Shown here in pieces: positions 50,767-60,862 of a DNA stretch of 64,000 nt. How positions within the stretch are numbered: the stretch's first letter is position 1; each line of letters opens with the position of its first letter. The notes beneath the pieces are model-generated. The model saw nothing but the letters and a program-made list of their open reading frames with translations. It was not told the DNA's origin and did not search any database. Source of the DNA: Obrimoposthia wandeli (Eukaryota); the NCBI GenBank assembly GCA_977020255.1, contig CDROCS010000253.1, positions 3,286,001 to 3,350,000 on the forward strand. Reading direction: 5' to 3'. The position numbers were made by a program, and so were the translations under genes.

Positions 50767-50920
50767 ATAAAGGGTATATAGACCATAAGGTAATCATTAT
50801 TATTGCACCAAGAAATACAGAAGAGTTTTAGCTTTTTAAAGAGGGGGCTATCGAGATGATACCCCCCAAATTATGCTGCTAGTGACTCTGATTTAGCTCA
50901 GTAAATCACGATACTTTTAA

Positions 50921-51337
50921 CTACTTTAATTTTAATCCAGACCAAGCACGCGTAAGCGCCCAAACGGCTAATATAATGAATGTAGTGTGTACAAAGGTAA
51001 AGTAAGTAATAACATAAACCCAAGTCCAAGCAGAATCAAAGCCCCCTAAGATTACCATCAACACTGAAACAGCACCTAGTGCAACAAAGGCAACAAGGTT
51101 AAGTTTGATACCTAACTTTGCATGATAATAACCTATGCTGGTTGGAGGCATTTTCTTCATAGCGAGTATTAACCAAATAAAGGCAATACCGGGCAAAAAA
51201 GTGAGGTTTAAAATTGAGGCAAGTGCGGCATCAGACGCTTGTTTAGTTTGTTGTTTATCAACCGCAGTTATTGTATCCGTTTGTGGTAATACCATAAGTA
51301 ATTCCTTTACGTTAATTCGTTGGTTTAGCAATAACAA
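50921..51337 (-). CDS. Small hypothetical membrane protein (likely start ATG 51295)
   Basis: Three hydrophobic segments. RBS AAGGA precedes ATG 51295. Confidence 0.7.
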   Translation of the reverse strand: MLLLNQRINVKELLMVLPQTDTITAVDKQQTKQASDAALASILNLTFLPGIAFIWLILAMKKMPPTSIGYYHAKLGIKLNLVAFVALGAVSVLMVILGGFDSAWTWVYVITYFTFVHTTFIILAVWALTRAWSGLKLK

Positions 51338-51593
51338 AAACTGAGAATAAAACCAAGGATAAAATCATTACTTTGGTTGAAAGTTGTTTAAGAACAATAA
51401 AAATTATAGTTTTTAGCTAGGTTTGCTTTAGTGTCTTTAATTAAAAACACCTTTGAGAAAGAGATAATTTTCTAACGCTGGATAAGTCTCTTTTATATTA
51501 AAGTAACCTTATCAGCATGATTAGCGAGAGATAAACTGCCTCATTAAGGTACAAGCCATATACCCATGGCATTAATGTTGGGCGGTGGTGTTT

Positions 51594-51634
51594 TTGTTAT
51601 TCGCAAGCAAAGAAACCATGCTTACGAATAACAA
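51594..51634. repeat. 16-bp stem-loop downstream of ptrB
   Basis: TTGTTATTCGCAAGCA-N9-TGCTTACGAATAACAA, one mismatch. Confidence 0.6.
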
Positions 51635-51657
51635 GACCCAACGTTTATTCTGCTACT

Positions 51658-53790
51658 CTACTTTGGTATTAACGAGATAAAAAAGCTCATCTCCAAGGCG
51701 CTTTCTTTTAAGCGTTTAAAGCGTCCTGATGCCCCGCCATGGCCGGCCTCCATATCGGTTTTAAATAACAGCAAGTTATCATCTTTTTTAAGCTCTCGCA
51801 TTTTAGCTACCCATTTCATTGGTTCAAAGTACTGAACTTGTGAGTCATGCAACCCCGTGGTAACAAGTATATTGGGGTAGTGTTGCGCGCTGATATTATC
51901 AAATGGCGAATAAGCTAAAATACTCTGATAGGCCTGTGCTTCATTCGGATTACCCCATTCGTCATATTCATTCGTGGTTAGCGGTATGCTTTCATCTAGC
52001 ATAGTCGTTAACACATCTAAAAAGGGCACATGTGCGCCAATGCCTAAATACAATTCAGGTGCTTGATTGGCTACCACTCCCATTAATAAACCGCCAGCAC
52101 TACCGCCAGAGGCGAATATTTTATCTTTAGCACCATAACCTTGTTCAACTAGGGCTTTAGTGACATCAATAAAATCATTAAAAGTATTTTGTTTATGCGC
52201 CATTTTACCTGTTTCGTACCATTGCCTTCCTAACATTTCTGAGCCACGAACGTGGGCGATAACGTAAACAAAACCTCGGTCGAGTAAGCTTAACGTTTGA
52301 CTGGAAAAATCAGGGTCTATGGTAATGCCATAAGCACCATAACCGTATTGCAGTAATGGGTTAGTGCCATCTTTTTTAAATGTTTTGCTACGATAGACAA
52401 TGGATACGGGTACTTCTACACCATCACGAGCAGTAATGAATAAGCGCTCTGATTGATAATCTTCTTTGTTAAAATCACCTAAGACTTTTTGCTGTTTAAG
52501 CAGCTTTCGCTCACCAGTAGCTAAGTCAAATTCAAATAAAGAACCAGGTGTTGTTAAGCTTGAATAATATAATCTTGCGGTAGTACTTTTTGGCTCTGGG
52601 TTATCACCAAGACAAGCAAAATAGCACGGATCATCAAAAGATAATGGATACTGATGACCTGTATTTTCGCCTTGCGTTGTGTGAACTACAAAACGAATTT
52701 GGCCATGCTCACGTTCAGTAACCACAATGAAATTATGAAATAATTCAATGCCCTCTAGTAGCACAGCATCTCTGTGAGGGATCACTTCTTGCCAGCTATT
52801 TATGTCATCAATTTGATCAATAGCGGCTTTCATTAACCTAAAGTTTTTAGCTTGATAATTGGTCACAATGTAGAAGTGTTCGCCCATTTTATCAGCGTGA
52901 TATTCGTGTTGTTCTTGATATGGAAAGAGCTCATCAAACTCACCATCAGGCTCATCAGCACTGAGCGCTAAATAATATGTTGATTCAGTAGCATGTAAAC
53001 AAATAAAAATTTGAGAATCATCTCTGCTCTTATCTAAACTCATGTAAAAACTGTGGTCTTCTTCTTCATAAACGAGAATGTCATCAGATTGTGGTGTACC
53101 TAGTTTATGACGATAAATTTGCGTACCTAACAAGGTTTCTAAATCTTTTTTTACATAAAATACGGTTTGATTGTCATTAGCCCAAACAATTTGGCCTTCA
53201 GTTTCAACGAGCGTGTCTGGCAAATAATAACCGGGTAAATAAACGTCTTGAGAGTCAGCTGACTTACTGCTTAAATCTTTAAAGTAAATGGTGTAAATAC
53301 GGCGGCTATCAATGTCTTCTGATATTGTCATTAATTGATCATTAGGACTGATTGATAAATCTCCTAAATCATAAAATTCATGGTCTTTGGCTCGGTCATT
53401 AACATCTAATAACAGGGTTTTGTTTTCGCCAGCAAAGCTGGTTGAGCGGTAATAATTTGAATACTCTTGTTCACCATTAATCTCGCTGTGATACCAATAT
53501 TTACCGTCTTTTTCTGGCACGGTATTATCGTCTTTTACGATACGCGCTTTAAGCTCTTCAAATAACGACTCTTGTAATGATTTTTGGTCGGCTAACATAG
53601 CATCAGCATAGTTATTTTCATCATGTAGGTGTGCCAATATTGCTTCATCGCTACGCTGGTCATCACGCATCCAATAATAATTATCCACACGATGATGGTT
53701 ATGTATTTCCATTTTATGAGGGATTTTTTTAGCTATTGGTGCGGTAATTTTTTTGTCTGACGTAGTTGATATAAATGAAGATGTTGGCAC
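51658..53790 (-). CDS. ptrB: Oligopeptidase B (S9A)
   Basis: DNYYWMRDD, HVRGSEMLG, catalytic GGSAGG, HDSQVQYFEP, and AGHGGASGRF. Confidence 0.95.
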   Translation of the reverse strand: MPTSSFISTTSDKKITAPIAKKIPHKMEIHNHHRVDNYYWMRDDQRSDEAILAHLHDENNYADAMLADQKSLQESLFEELKARIVKDDNTVPEKDGKYWYHSEINGEQEYSNYYRSTSFAGENKTLLLDVNDRAKDHEFYDLGDLSISPNDQLMTISEDIDSRRIYTIYFKDLSSKSADSQDVYLPGYYLPDTLVETEGQIVWANDNQTVFYVKKDLETLLGTQIYRHKLGTPQSDDILVYEEEDHSFYMSLDKSRDDSQIFICLHATESTYYLALSADEPDGEFDELFPYQEQHEYHADKMGEHFYIVTNYQAKNFRLMKAAIDQIDDINSWQEVIPHRDAVLLEGIELFHNFIVVTEREHGQIRFVVHTTQGENTGHQYPLSFDDPCYFACLGDNPEPKSTTARLYYSSLTTPGSLFEFDLATGERKLLKQQKVLGDFNKEDYQSERLFITARDGVEVPVSIVYRSKTFKKDGTNPLLQYGYGAYGITIDPDFSSQTLSLLDRGFVYVIAHVRGSEMLGRQWYETGKMAHKQNTFNDFIDVTKALVEQGYGAKDKIFASGGSAGGLLMGVVANQAPELYLGIGAHVPFLDVLTTMLDESIPLTTNEYDEWGNPNEAQAYQSILAYSPFDNISAQHYPNILVTTGLHDSQVQYFEPMKWVAKMRELKKDDNLLLFKTDMEAGHGGASGRFKRLKESALEMSFFISLIPK

Positions 53791-54009
53791 TAAGTGCTCC
53801 TAGGTAAATGATGTGGTCTGCGTAATTACAGAAAACCTCGATGAACAAGTTTATCGAGATTTTATCAATTAAGTTAGTTAATTGTTTAAAAAAATAAGCC
53901 CGTTATTTTCTAATGAATTTGTTGTGTGGTATTACTGATAAGTTTTAGTTATAACCAAAAAAACATTTTTTAACCCTAATCTATTGATATTGTTAATCAT
54001 AGCTTTTCA

Positions 54010-54057
54010 TTAGAACTTGAATATTACTGAAACGTCTCAGTGATATTCAAGTTCTAA
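54010..54057. repeat. 21-bp near-perfect inverted repeat in the ptrB/GNAT divergent intergenic region
   Basis: TTAGAACTTGAATATTACTGA-AACGTC-TCAGTGATATTCAAGTTCTAA, 20/21 Watson-Crick with one G-T pair. Confidence 0.85.
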
Positions 54058-54122
54058 CAAAAACAGACTTTTTATAGTTTATAAGACTTTGAAATTATGA
54101 GATATTAATAAAAATAAAAGTT

Positions 54123-54614
54123 ATGGGACGATTATTACTTAGCATGATAACAAAACTTGATAATTCGAATGAAGAAGTTGCAAATCAAATTTTCACTATT
54201 TTTCAAAATTCTTATAAAATTGAAGCTCAACTTATAGGCACTCTTGATTTCCCTCCATTATTGCGAAGTGCTAAAGATATAGAAAATTCAAAATCACTAT
54301 TCTATGGCTTTAATGAAAATGAATGTCTCGCTGCAATTATAGAGATTGTTATAGAAGATAAGCAATTAGATATTCATAGTTTAACAGTCGATCCAAATTA
54401 TTTTAGGAAGGGTATAGCAAACAAATTAATAAGCTATGTTCTAGAGAAAATTGATTTTTCAGAAGCTCTTGTAGAAACCGCTATTGTAAATATACCAGCA
54501 ATAAATTTATATAAGAAACATGGTTTTGTTGAATTTAAAAGATGGACGCCAGATCATGGTATTGAAAAAATAGCAATGTCAGTTACATATACCATCAAAG
54601 TGGTTACCGAGTAA
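54123..54614 (+). CDS. GNAT acetyltransferase (likely start ATG 54144)
   Basis: LTVDPNYFRKGIANKL (acetyl-CoA motif A) and NIPAINLYKKHGF. Confidence 0.9.
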   Translation: MGRLLLSMITKLDNSNEEVANQIFTIFQNSYKIEAQLIGTLDFPPLLRSAKDIENSKSLFYGFNENECLAAIIEIVIEDKQLDIHSLTVDPNYFRKGIANKLISYVLEKIDFSEALVETAIVNIPAINLYKKHGFVEFKRWTPDHGIEKIAMSVTYTIKVVTE

Positions 54615-54615
54615 T

Positions 54616-54717
54616 ATGGGAATCAGTGCGATCTATCATCCGCTTTATCGCCAACCTGATATTTGTGCCAATACAATGGACGAGATTGTGCAACAAATCA
54701 TCGAAAAAGATGATTAA
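54616..54717 (+). pseudogene. C-terminal remnant resembling a HAD-family hydrolase tail
   Basis: MGISAIYHPLYRQPDICANTMDEIVQQIIEKDD* resembles the end of HAD hydrolases (G-x-x-AI…PD-x-x-x-x-(L/M)-x-E). Confidence 0.35.
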
Positions 54718-54739
54718 CATAAAATAGTTTAATGAGGTG

Positions 54740-55426
54740 TTAGGCTTTATTACGATAAGCACTAATTATGTAGTCAAGGCTCTCAGTGCGTCCTTGTTGA
54801 ACTCGGTTGTAGTGGTTGAGTGTTTTGTCTAAATATTGTTTAACTACCTTTGCTTGTTTAGCGGTAACTGATTGCCAAATTTCATCTCCCACAGGATTAA
54901 TTTTTCTATTCTTCTCACTTACTGATGACACTAAAATTATTTCATAGAAGCGTCGATTATCTTCAATTAATACTTCATGTTTCAAACTAAAGTTTAGTTC
55001 TATTAGTTTTTGACGTAATGAATATTGATTGTTAACTGGGCATAGTAGAAAATCAATAGGTAAATTGGGATGTTTTCGGTGAATGTCATCGATGAATTGC
55101 ATCATTAAATCAGCACCAACCCCCGCAATGATGATTAGGTGTTTTCCTTCATATTCTCTTAAAGGTAGCTTTGCTACATCAATACAATGTATTTTCCAAT
55201 TTGAACATGACTTTACGTAAAACTGTTGTAACTTACTTTCAATATTTGTCATGAGCTCAGGTACTATATCGACAAAATGTATATTTTTGGCTGCTTGTCG
55301 AGATAATAAACTTGCCCCTAAAAAACCGTGATCACAGCAGCAATCCCATATATGGGTATAATCTGATGTTACCATTTGTTGAATATGCGTTAATCTTTTA
55401 CTTAGTTTCAATGAAATAGCCTGCAT
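54740..55426 (-). CDS. trmK: TrmK-like SAM-dependent tRNA methyltransferase
   Basis: KLSKRL, IWDCCCDHGFLG, IIIAGVG, LLCPVNN, and RFYEII. Confidence 0.8.
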   Translation of the reverse strand: MQAISLKLSKRLTHIQQMVTSDYTHIWDCCCDHGFLGASLLSRQAAKNIHFVDIVPELMTNIESKLQQFYVKSCSNWKIHCIDVAKLPLREYEGKHLIIIAGVGADLMMQFIDDIHRKHPNLPIDFLLCPVNNQYSLRQKLIELNFSLKHEVLIEDNRRFYEIILVSSVSEKNRKINPVGDEIWQSVTAKQAKVVKQYLDKTLNHYNRVQQGRTESLDYIISAYRNKA

Positions 55427-55554
55427 TACGATGTTAAATCATCGTATTGTAATGGTTTTTTTTATTTTTGCGAAGTTGCTAAGCTTAACCCGTTTACTAT
55501 AACAAGGCGTTAATATTTACATTAGGTAGATTACGTTTTTACAAAAGGACTTTT

Positions 55555-56778
55555 CTAAAGGCTTACCACGCCATTTTTTTCAAGTGCTGTTATTTTACTA
55601 TTGCTAAAGCCAAGTTGGGTGAGTACTTGTTTGCCGTTGGCACCAATTTTACCACCGGCTTGTCGATATTGTGTTTGATACTTTGAAAACTTAATGGGAC
55701 AACCTAGTTGCTTTTGCACGCCTGTTGCTGGATGTGGCACATCGACAATCATGTCTCTAGCGACAATCTGCGGATGCTCGCTGGCTTCTTTTAGATTAAG
55801 TACCGGCTCAACACATAAATCAACATCGATAAAGATTGTTTGCCATTGAGCATAAGTTTTTTGTTTAAAAGCGTGAGTAAAACTGTCTTTAATGTGTTGT
55901 TGCGCTGAGGATTTGTTAGCAAGTGGCAGTAAATGTGCTAAATCGAGTAGCTGACACAAACCACTAAAAAACTTAGGCTCTAAACTACCAATGGATAAGT
56001 AACGATCATCGCTGGTTTGGTAATAGTCATAAAAAGTACCACCATTAAGTAAATCAGATTCAGCTGTTGGTACCTCATTGCCAGCGAGTGCTCCTGCACC
56101 ACTCATTGCATTTAAAGCAAAGGCACAATCGGTCATGCTGATATCAATCATTTGACCTTCTCCCGTGCGTTGTCGGTGATGTAGGGCCGTTAATATACCA
56201 ATAACGCTATGAAGAGAACCTCCTGCAACATCGGCTATTTGAATTCCCTGAGGAGTAGGTGCTTGTTCTTTTCTTTTGGAATAGCTACTGATACCCGAGA
56301 TGGCAAGATAATTCAAATCATGTCCCGCGCGATCTTTGTAAGGACCTGTTTGACCATAACCTGTGATTGCACAATAAATTAATTTCGGATTTATGGCTTT
56401 TAGGGCTTCATAGCCAATACCTAGTCTGTCCATTACCCCAGGCCTAAACTGTTCAAGCACTACATCATATTCTTTGACTAATGTTTTGATAATTTCAATG
56501 GCTTCTGGTTGTTTTAAGTCGAGTGCTATTGATTTTTTAGAACGATTCAAATATTGATGTGCGACGGAAGAACCGCCTACTTGGGGTGTCATTTCTCGTA
56601 CCAAATCAACACGCGTTGGCGACTCAACCCGTAAAACTTCCGCGCCAAGATCAGCAAGTATCATTGAGGCGTATGGACCAGGAAGTAGGGTGGATAGATC
56701 TAAAATTTTAACATCATTTAACATGGAGTACTCCAATAGAAAAAATGAAAAATTAGTAGGAAAAAGAGGGGTAAGCAT
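55555..56778 (-). CDS. CaiB/BaiF family III CoA-transferase / acyl-CoA racemase (likely start ATG 56724)
   Basis: LLPGPYASMILADLGAEV, LNRSKKSIALDLK, EQFRPGVMDRLG, AGHDLNY. RBS GGAG precedes ATG 56724. Confidence 0.93.
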   Translation of the reverse strand: MLTPLFPTNFSFFLLEYSMLNDVKILDLSTLLPGPYASMILADLGAEVLRVESPTRVDLVREMTPQVGGSSVAHQYLNRSKKSIALDLKQPEAIEIIKTLVKEYDVVLEQFRPGVMDRLGIGYEALKAINPKLIYCAITGYGQTGPYKDRAGHDLNYLAISGISSYSKRKEQAPTPQGIQIADVAGGSLHSVIGILTALHHRQRTGEGQMIDISMTDCAFALNAMSGAGALAGNEVPTAESDLLNGGTFYDYYQTSDDRYLSIGSLEPKFFSGLCQLLDLAHLLPLANKSSAQQHIKDSFTHAFKQKTYAQWQTIFIDVDLCVEPVLNLKEASEHPQIVARDMIVDVPHPATGVQKQLGCPIKFSKYQTQYRQAGGKIGANGKQVLTQLGFSNSKITALEKNGVVSL

Positions 56779-56797
56779 CTACCCCAAAATGCAAAGT

Positions 56798-57565
56798 TTA
56801 TTTAGGTTCCATTCTAATAGCACCATCAAGACGAATAACTTCGCCGTTGAGGTAACTGTTGGTAATGATATGAGCCGCTAAAGCAGCATACTCAACGGGA
56901 TCGCCAAAACGCTTAGGGCTTTGCACCATTTTGATAAGCGGTTCGCGAACTTCGTCACTGAATCCTTTCATCATAGCGGTATCAAAAATACCCGGTGCAA
57001 TGGTCATAATACGAATACCAAGTGGGGCTAAATCGCGAGCAATGGGTAGCGTCATCGAAACAATACCGCCTTTACTAGCGCTATATGCTGATTGACCAAC
57101 TTGGCCATCGTAGGCGGCAACTGAGGCAGTATTGATAATTACGCCACGTTCGCCTTTAGCGTCGGGTTCGTTTTTAGCCATTTGCTCTGCGGCTAAACGC
57201 AGTACATTAAAGGTACCGATCAGGTTAATATTAATAACCTGAGAGAATTTCTCTAAGGCTAAAGCACCATTGCGACCAACGGTTTTACCACCGGGGGCAA
57301 TGCCCGCACAATTAATACAAGCGTGAATAGTGCCAAAGGCTTCAACCGCTGCTTTTATGCCTGCAACAACAGAGGTTTCGTCGGTAACATTTACTTTAGC
57401 GAAAATAGAGTTTTCGCCTAAACTTGCAACGAGTGAATTTCCTGCGTCTTCATTTAAATCAAAGGCAACAATTTTAGCACCTTGTTTGGCTAATTCCTGA
57501 CAAGTGACTAAACCTAAGCCTGAAGCCGCGCCAGTTACGACAATAACTTTGTTATGTAAATCCAT
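56798..57565 (-). CDS. SDR 3-hydroxyacyl-CoA dehydrogenase (HSD10/type II-like)
   Basis: [37 protein letters not shown], and [14 protein letters not shown]. Confidence 0.93.
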   Translation of the reverse strand: MDLHNKVIVVTGAASGLGLVTCQELAKQGAKIVAFDLNEDAGNSLVASLGENSIFAKVNVTDETSVVAGIKAAVEAFGTIHACINCAGIAPGGKTVGRNGALALEKFSQVININLIGTFNVLRLAAEQMAKNEPDAKGERGVIINTASVAAYDGQVGQSAYSASKGGIVSMTLPIARDLAPLGIRIMTIAPGIFDTAMMKGFSDEVREPLIKMVQSPKRFGDPVEYAALAAHIITNSYLNGEVIRLDGAIRMEPK

Positions 57566-57579
57566 GGGTAATCCTTAAA

Positions 57580-58737
57580 TTAGTTAATTTCTTGTAACAG
57601 TTCACGGGCGATAATCACGCGTTGAATTTCGCTGGTGCCTTCATAAATACTTGCCACCCGAACATCTCGAGCATAGCGCTCTAGTGGGTAGTCTTTGATG
57701 TAACCCGCGCCACCCATCAGTTGTAATGCGGTATAACAAACTTGATTGGCTTTTTCAGAAGCAAAGACCTTGGCCATTGATGCTTCTTTACCAAAGGGCT
57801 GGCCTTTGTCTTTTTTATCCGCTGCATTCATCAGTAATAAACGTGCTGCTTCTAGGTCAGTATAAGCATCGGCAAGCATCCATTGGATACCTTGGAATTT
57901 GGAAATTTTTTGACCAAATTGTTGACGTTCGTTAACATAATCACGGGCAAAATCGATTGCGGCTAAACCTATACCTAACGATAGTGAACCAATACCTATG
58001 CGACCACCAGCCAGTTCAGAAACGGCCACTTTAAAGCCTTGGTTTAGTGTGCCCATTAAGGCATCTTTAGGCAGTCGACAGTTATCAAACACCACTTCGT
58101 TAGTGGCAGAGGCATGTTGGCCCATTTTTTTCTCGGCTGGCGATATAACCAGCCCTGGTGTACCGGCTTCAACTAAGAAACACGAAATACCTTTACCTCT
58201 TGGCGCACTCGGATCAGTCACTGCCCATAATACAAAAACACCGGCATATTCGGCGCTAGTGATATACTGTTTAGCGCCATTAATTACCCATTCATCACCT
58301 TCTAAAATGGCTTTGGTTTTCATGCCTGAAGGATCTGAACCCGCACTAGACTCGGTCAAACAAAAACCACCAGCGGCATATTCACCACTACAAAGTTTTG
58401 GTAAATATTTTTCTTTTTGCGCTTCACTCGCCACAGATTCAATCACTTCACCAACCATGTTAGTCACTGACATTGTGACTGCTGTTGACGCACAGGCGCG
58501 TGAAATCTCTGTCATAGCTAAGCTAAAAACCACAGTACCAGCTTCAGTGCCACCGTATTGTGAACTGACATTGAGTCCCATAAAACCGAGCTCGGCAAGT
58601 TTTTTTAAATTAGTTAAGAACAGTTCGCGATCACCATGTTGATCGAGTTTTTCAGCCACAGGCGCAAGTTCAGTTTGTGCAAACTTAGCCGCCATGTCTT
58701 TTATCATCGCTTGGTCTTCAGTTAGTGAAAGGTCCAT
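57580..58737 (-). CDS. Acyl-CoA dehydrogenase
   Basis: FCLTESSAGSD, INGAKQYIT, RQQFGQKI, QLMGGAGY, and IYEGTSEIQR. Confidence 0.95.
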   Translation of the reverse strand: MDLSLTEDQAMIKDMAAKFAQTELAPVAEKLDQHGDRELFLTNLKKLAELGFMGLNVSSQYGGTEAGTVVFSLAMTEISRACASTAVTMSVTNMVGEVIESVASEAQKEKYLPKLCSGEYAAGGFCLTESSAGSDPSGMKTKAILEGDEWVINGAKQYITSAEYAGVFVLWAVTDPSAPRGKGISCFLVEAGTPGLVISPAEKKMGQHASATNEVVFDNCRLPKDALMGTLNQGFKVAVSELAGGRIGIGSLSLGIGLAAIDFARDYVNERQQFGQKISKFQGIQWMLADAYTDLEAARLLLMNAADKKDKGQPFGKEASMAKVFASEKANQVCYTALQLMGGAGYIKDYPLERYARDVRVASIYEGTSEIQRVIIARELLQEIN

Positions 58738-58991
58738 AATATTTCTCTTTTAATTTGTTTTGTAAAATTAAGTATTTTCAATGTTGGCTTACGCTTTTTT
58801 AGGGAGGCGCTAACACTTTATTTTTCATCTTGGTAATTGAAATATAAGATTTAAAAATAGATGCTAATACTATAGGCAGATTTAAAGTTAATTAAAATGA
58901 CAAAATGTAACGATATAACTCACTAAACATTACACGTTAAGTATAGTTAAGGTATAGTTGATTATAAATATAGGGGATAGAGACGGTAACC

Positions 58992-59987
58992 ATGGCTAAA
59001 GTAGATATTCATTATTTTCGCGAAGCGCTCAATTGTGCTGTACGTAAAGGCTTTGATGGGGATGCAATACTTTCGACATTGGATATCCAGATAGCACCAA
59101 ACCAGCAACGGGTTGACAGTGAACAAATGGTGAGCTTAGTGCAATACGTGTGGGCGAACCTGAACGATGAGTTTCTTGGCTGTACTAATCAGCCCTGTAA
59201 GCTGGGGATGTTTCCTTTTATGGCTCGTCATGTGTTGCACTATAAAAGCCTTGAAAAAATGCTTGAGCAAGGAGTTACCTTTTACAACTTAGTGACTGAT
59301 GATTTACAAATGAAGTTAGTGAGGAGTGGTGACGTTGCTGAGTTAGAGTTTATTTTCTCGCACCCTGAGCGAGATCCTAATCATTTCTTTCTCGAATTTT
59401 GGTTAATTATTTGGCATCGCTTTTCTAGTTGGTTAATTGAGGTAAAAATTCCTTTGAGCCAAGTGTGTTTTACTCACGGAAAGCCTAACCATTATCAGGA
59501 AGCAAAGTTACTTTTTTCATGTCGACACAGCTTTAATCGTCCGGTAGTCAAACTATGTTTTCACGCCAAATATTTAGATTTACCTTGTGTTAGAACAAAA
59601 AAAGAACTCACCCGATTTTTACGTGATTCACCTGCTGATTTAATTACTATTCCAGGGAGTGAACACAGCTTTAAGGCTAAAATTAGCGCAATACTTATTA
59701 ATCATGAAGGCGATAGCCTTTATTGTCCTCGCTTTGAAACACTTGCCCTGCGTTTAAATATGAGTGCACAAACGTTACGTCGTCGTCTTAAAATTGAGGG
59801 TACAAGCTATCCAATGATTAAGGATGAAATTAGACGCGATTTGGCGGTTGATTATTTGTTAATGAGTAACCGTAACATCACCGATATCTCTAACGCGTTA
59901 GGTTTTAGTGAACCTCGTTCATTCACTCGCGCCTTTAAAGATTGGACGGGAATATCACCATCAAAATACATCCGGTCGAAGATGTAA
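58992..59987 (+). CDS. AraC-family regulator (OruR-like), divergent from the acyl-CoA operon
   Basis: DEFLG N-terminal domain and double HTH (MSAQTLRRRLKIEG…LGFSEPRSFTRAFKDWTG). Confidence 0.93.
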   Translation: MAKVDIHYFREALNCAVRKGFDGDAILSTLDIQIAPNQQRVDSEQMVSLVQYVWANLNDEFLGCTNQPCKLGMFPFMARHVLHYKSLEKMLEQGVTFYNLVTDDLQMKLVRSGDVAELEFIFSHPERDPNHFFLEFWLIIWHRFSSWLIEVKIPLSQVCFTHGKPNHYQEAKLLFSCRHSFNRPVVKLCFHAKYLDLPCVRTKKELTRFLRDSPADLITIPGSEHSFKAKISAILINHEGDSLYCPRFETLALRLNMSAQTLRRRLKIEGTSYPMIKDEIRRDLAVDYLLMSNRNITDISNALGFSEPRSFTRAFKDWTGISPSKYIRSKM

Positions 59988-60061
59988 TCTAATTAGCTAG
60001 GTACGGAGCTTTTTTATTAGTTAGGTATAAATAGACTGAATAAGGATTGTTTAAAGATACT

Positions 60062-60757
60062 TTAAGACTTTTTAAGGCTCTTTAATCCCTGATCAAGTAA
60101 CTTCATCATTGCTTTTGTGTCACCTTTCTTACTAAAGGCAACATATATATCACTCTGATGATTCACCTGTCCTTGCTTTATGGATGAATGCTCTAAGCCC
60201 ATTTTTGTCATGGTATCTTTGGCTACTTCATCAAACATGATTGCCATATCTACTCTTTTTTTACGAATAAGATAGACTATTTGTTTTTGAGTGCCCACTC
60301 TAACTTCTTGGAATCTCTGTTTATTTTGTTGGAAAGCATCGCCATATTCATAACCCAATATTAAAGCGATTGTTGTTCGATCGGGAATGTCACTTGCTGA
60401 GGAATAATCTAACGTTGAATCATTATTATAATAAAATGAAGCGGTTGCTTGTAATAGGGGCTCTTCACCAAAATTGAAAATACTCTCGGTATTAGTTTGT
60501 TTAGTGACATTAAAGGCACCATCGGCGCTACCCATCTTAACCATATGTAGTGCTCTGGCATAAGGAACTACTATAAAATCAACCTCTACATTGACAGCGC
60601 GATAGGCTTTTTTGATAATTTCTTTAGATAAGCCATTTCCGTGATTATTAGAATATGGGGGCCAGCTATTTTCAACGGCAAGTGTTACTTTACTGTTTGC
60701 ATAACTATTAAAGCTAATACTAGCAAAGATAAATAGGCATACTAGTCGAGTTATCAT
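60062..60757 (-). CDS. Orphan periplasmic solute-binding protein (family 3-like)
   Basis: Signal peptide, ENSWPPY, VPYARALHMVKMG, and LILGYEYG. Confidence 0.82.
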   Translation of the reverse strand: MITRLVCLFIFASISFNSYANSKVTLAVENSWPPYSNNHGNGLSKEIIKKAYRAVNVEVDFIVVPYARALHMVKMGSADGAFNVTKQTNTESIFNFGEEPLLQATASFYYNNDSTLDYSSASDIPDRTTIALILGYEYGDAFQQNKQRFQEVRVGTQKQIVYLIRKKRVDMAIMFDEVAKDTMTKMGLEHSSIKQGQVNHQSDIYVAFSKKGDTKAMMKLLDQGLKSLKKS

Positions 60758-60862
60758 AGTAATTTGAACTTATATTGATGAGTTTATAATTGAAGGATTA
60801 ACCTGTTAGTGGCTAGGACTTTATGCTGTTGGCAAATATCCTAAGCTATCAGGTTAAACTAA

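Noticed and set aside
50841-50867. GGGGG…CCCCC tract resembling the 7-2-7 amine-cluster motif
   Set aside because: The arms are in the opposite order and it lies between convergent genes, so it is better explained as a terminator-like hairpin.
55498-55513. ATAACAAGGCGTTAAT, resembling an integron attC core
   Set aside because: No complementary arm, no plus-strand gene upstream, and no integrase in the window.
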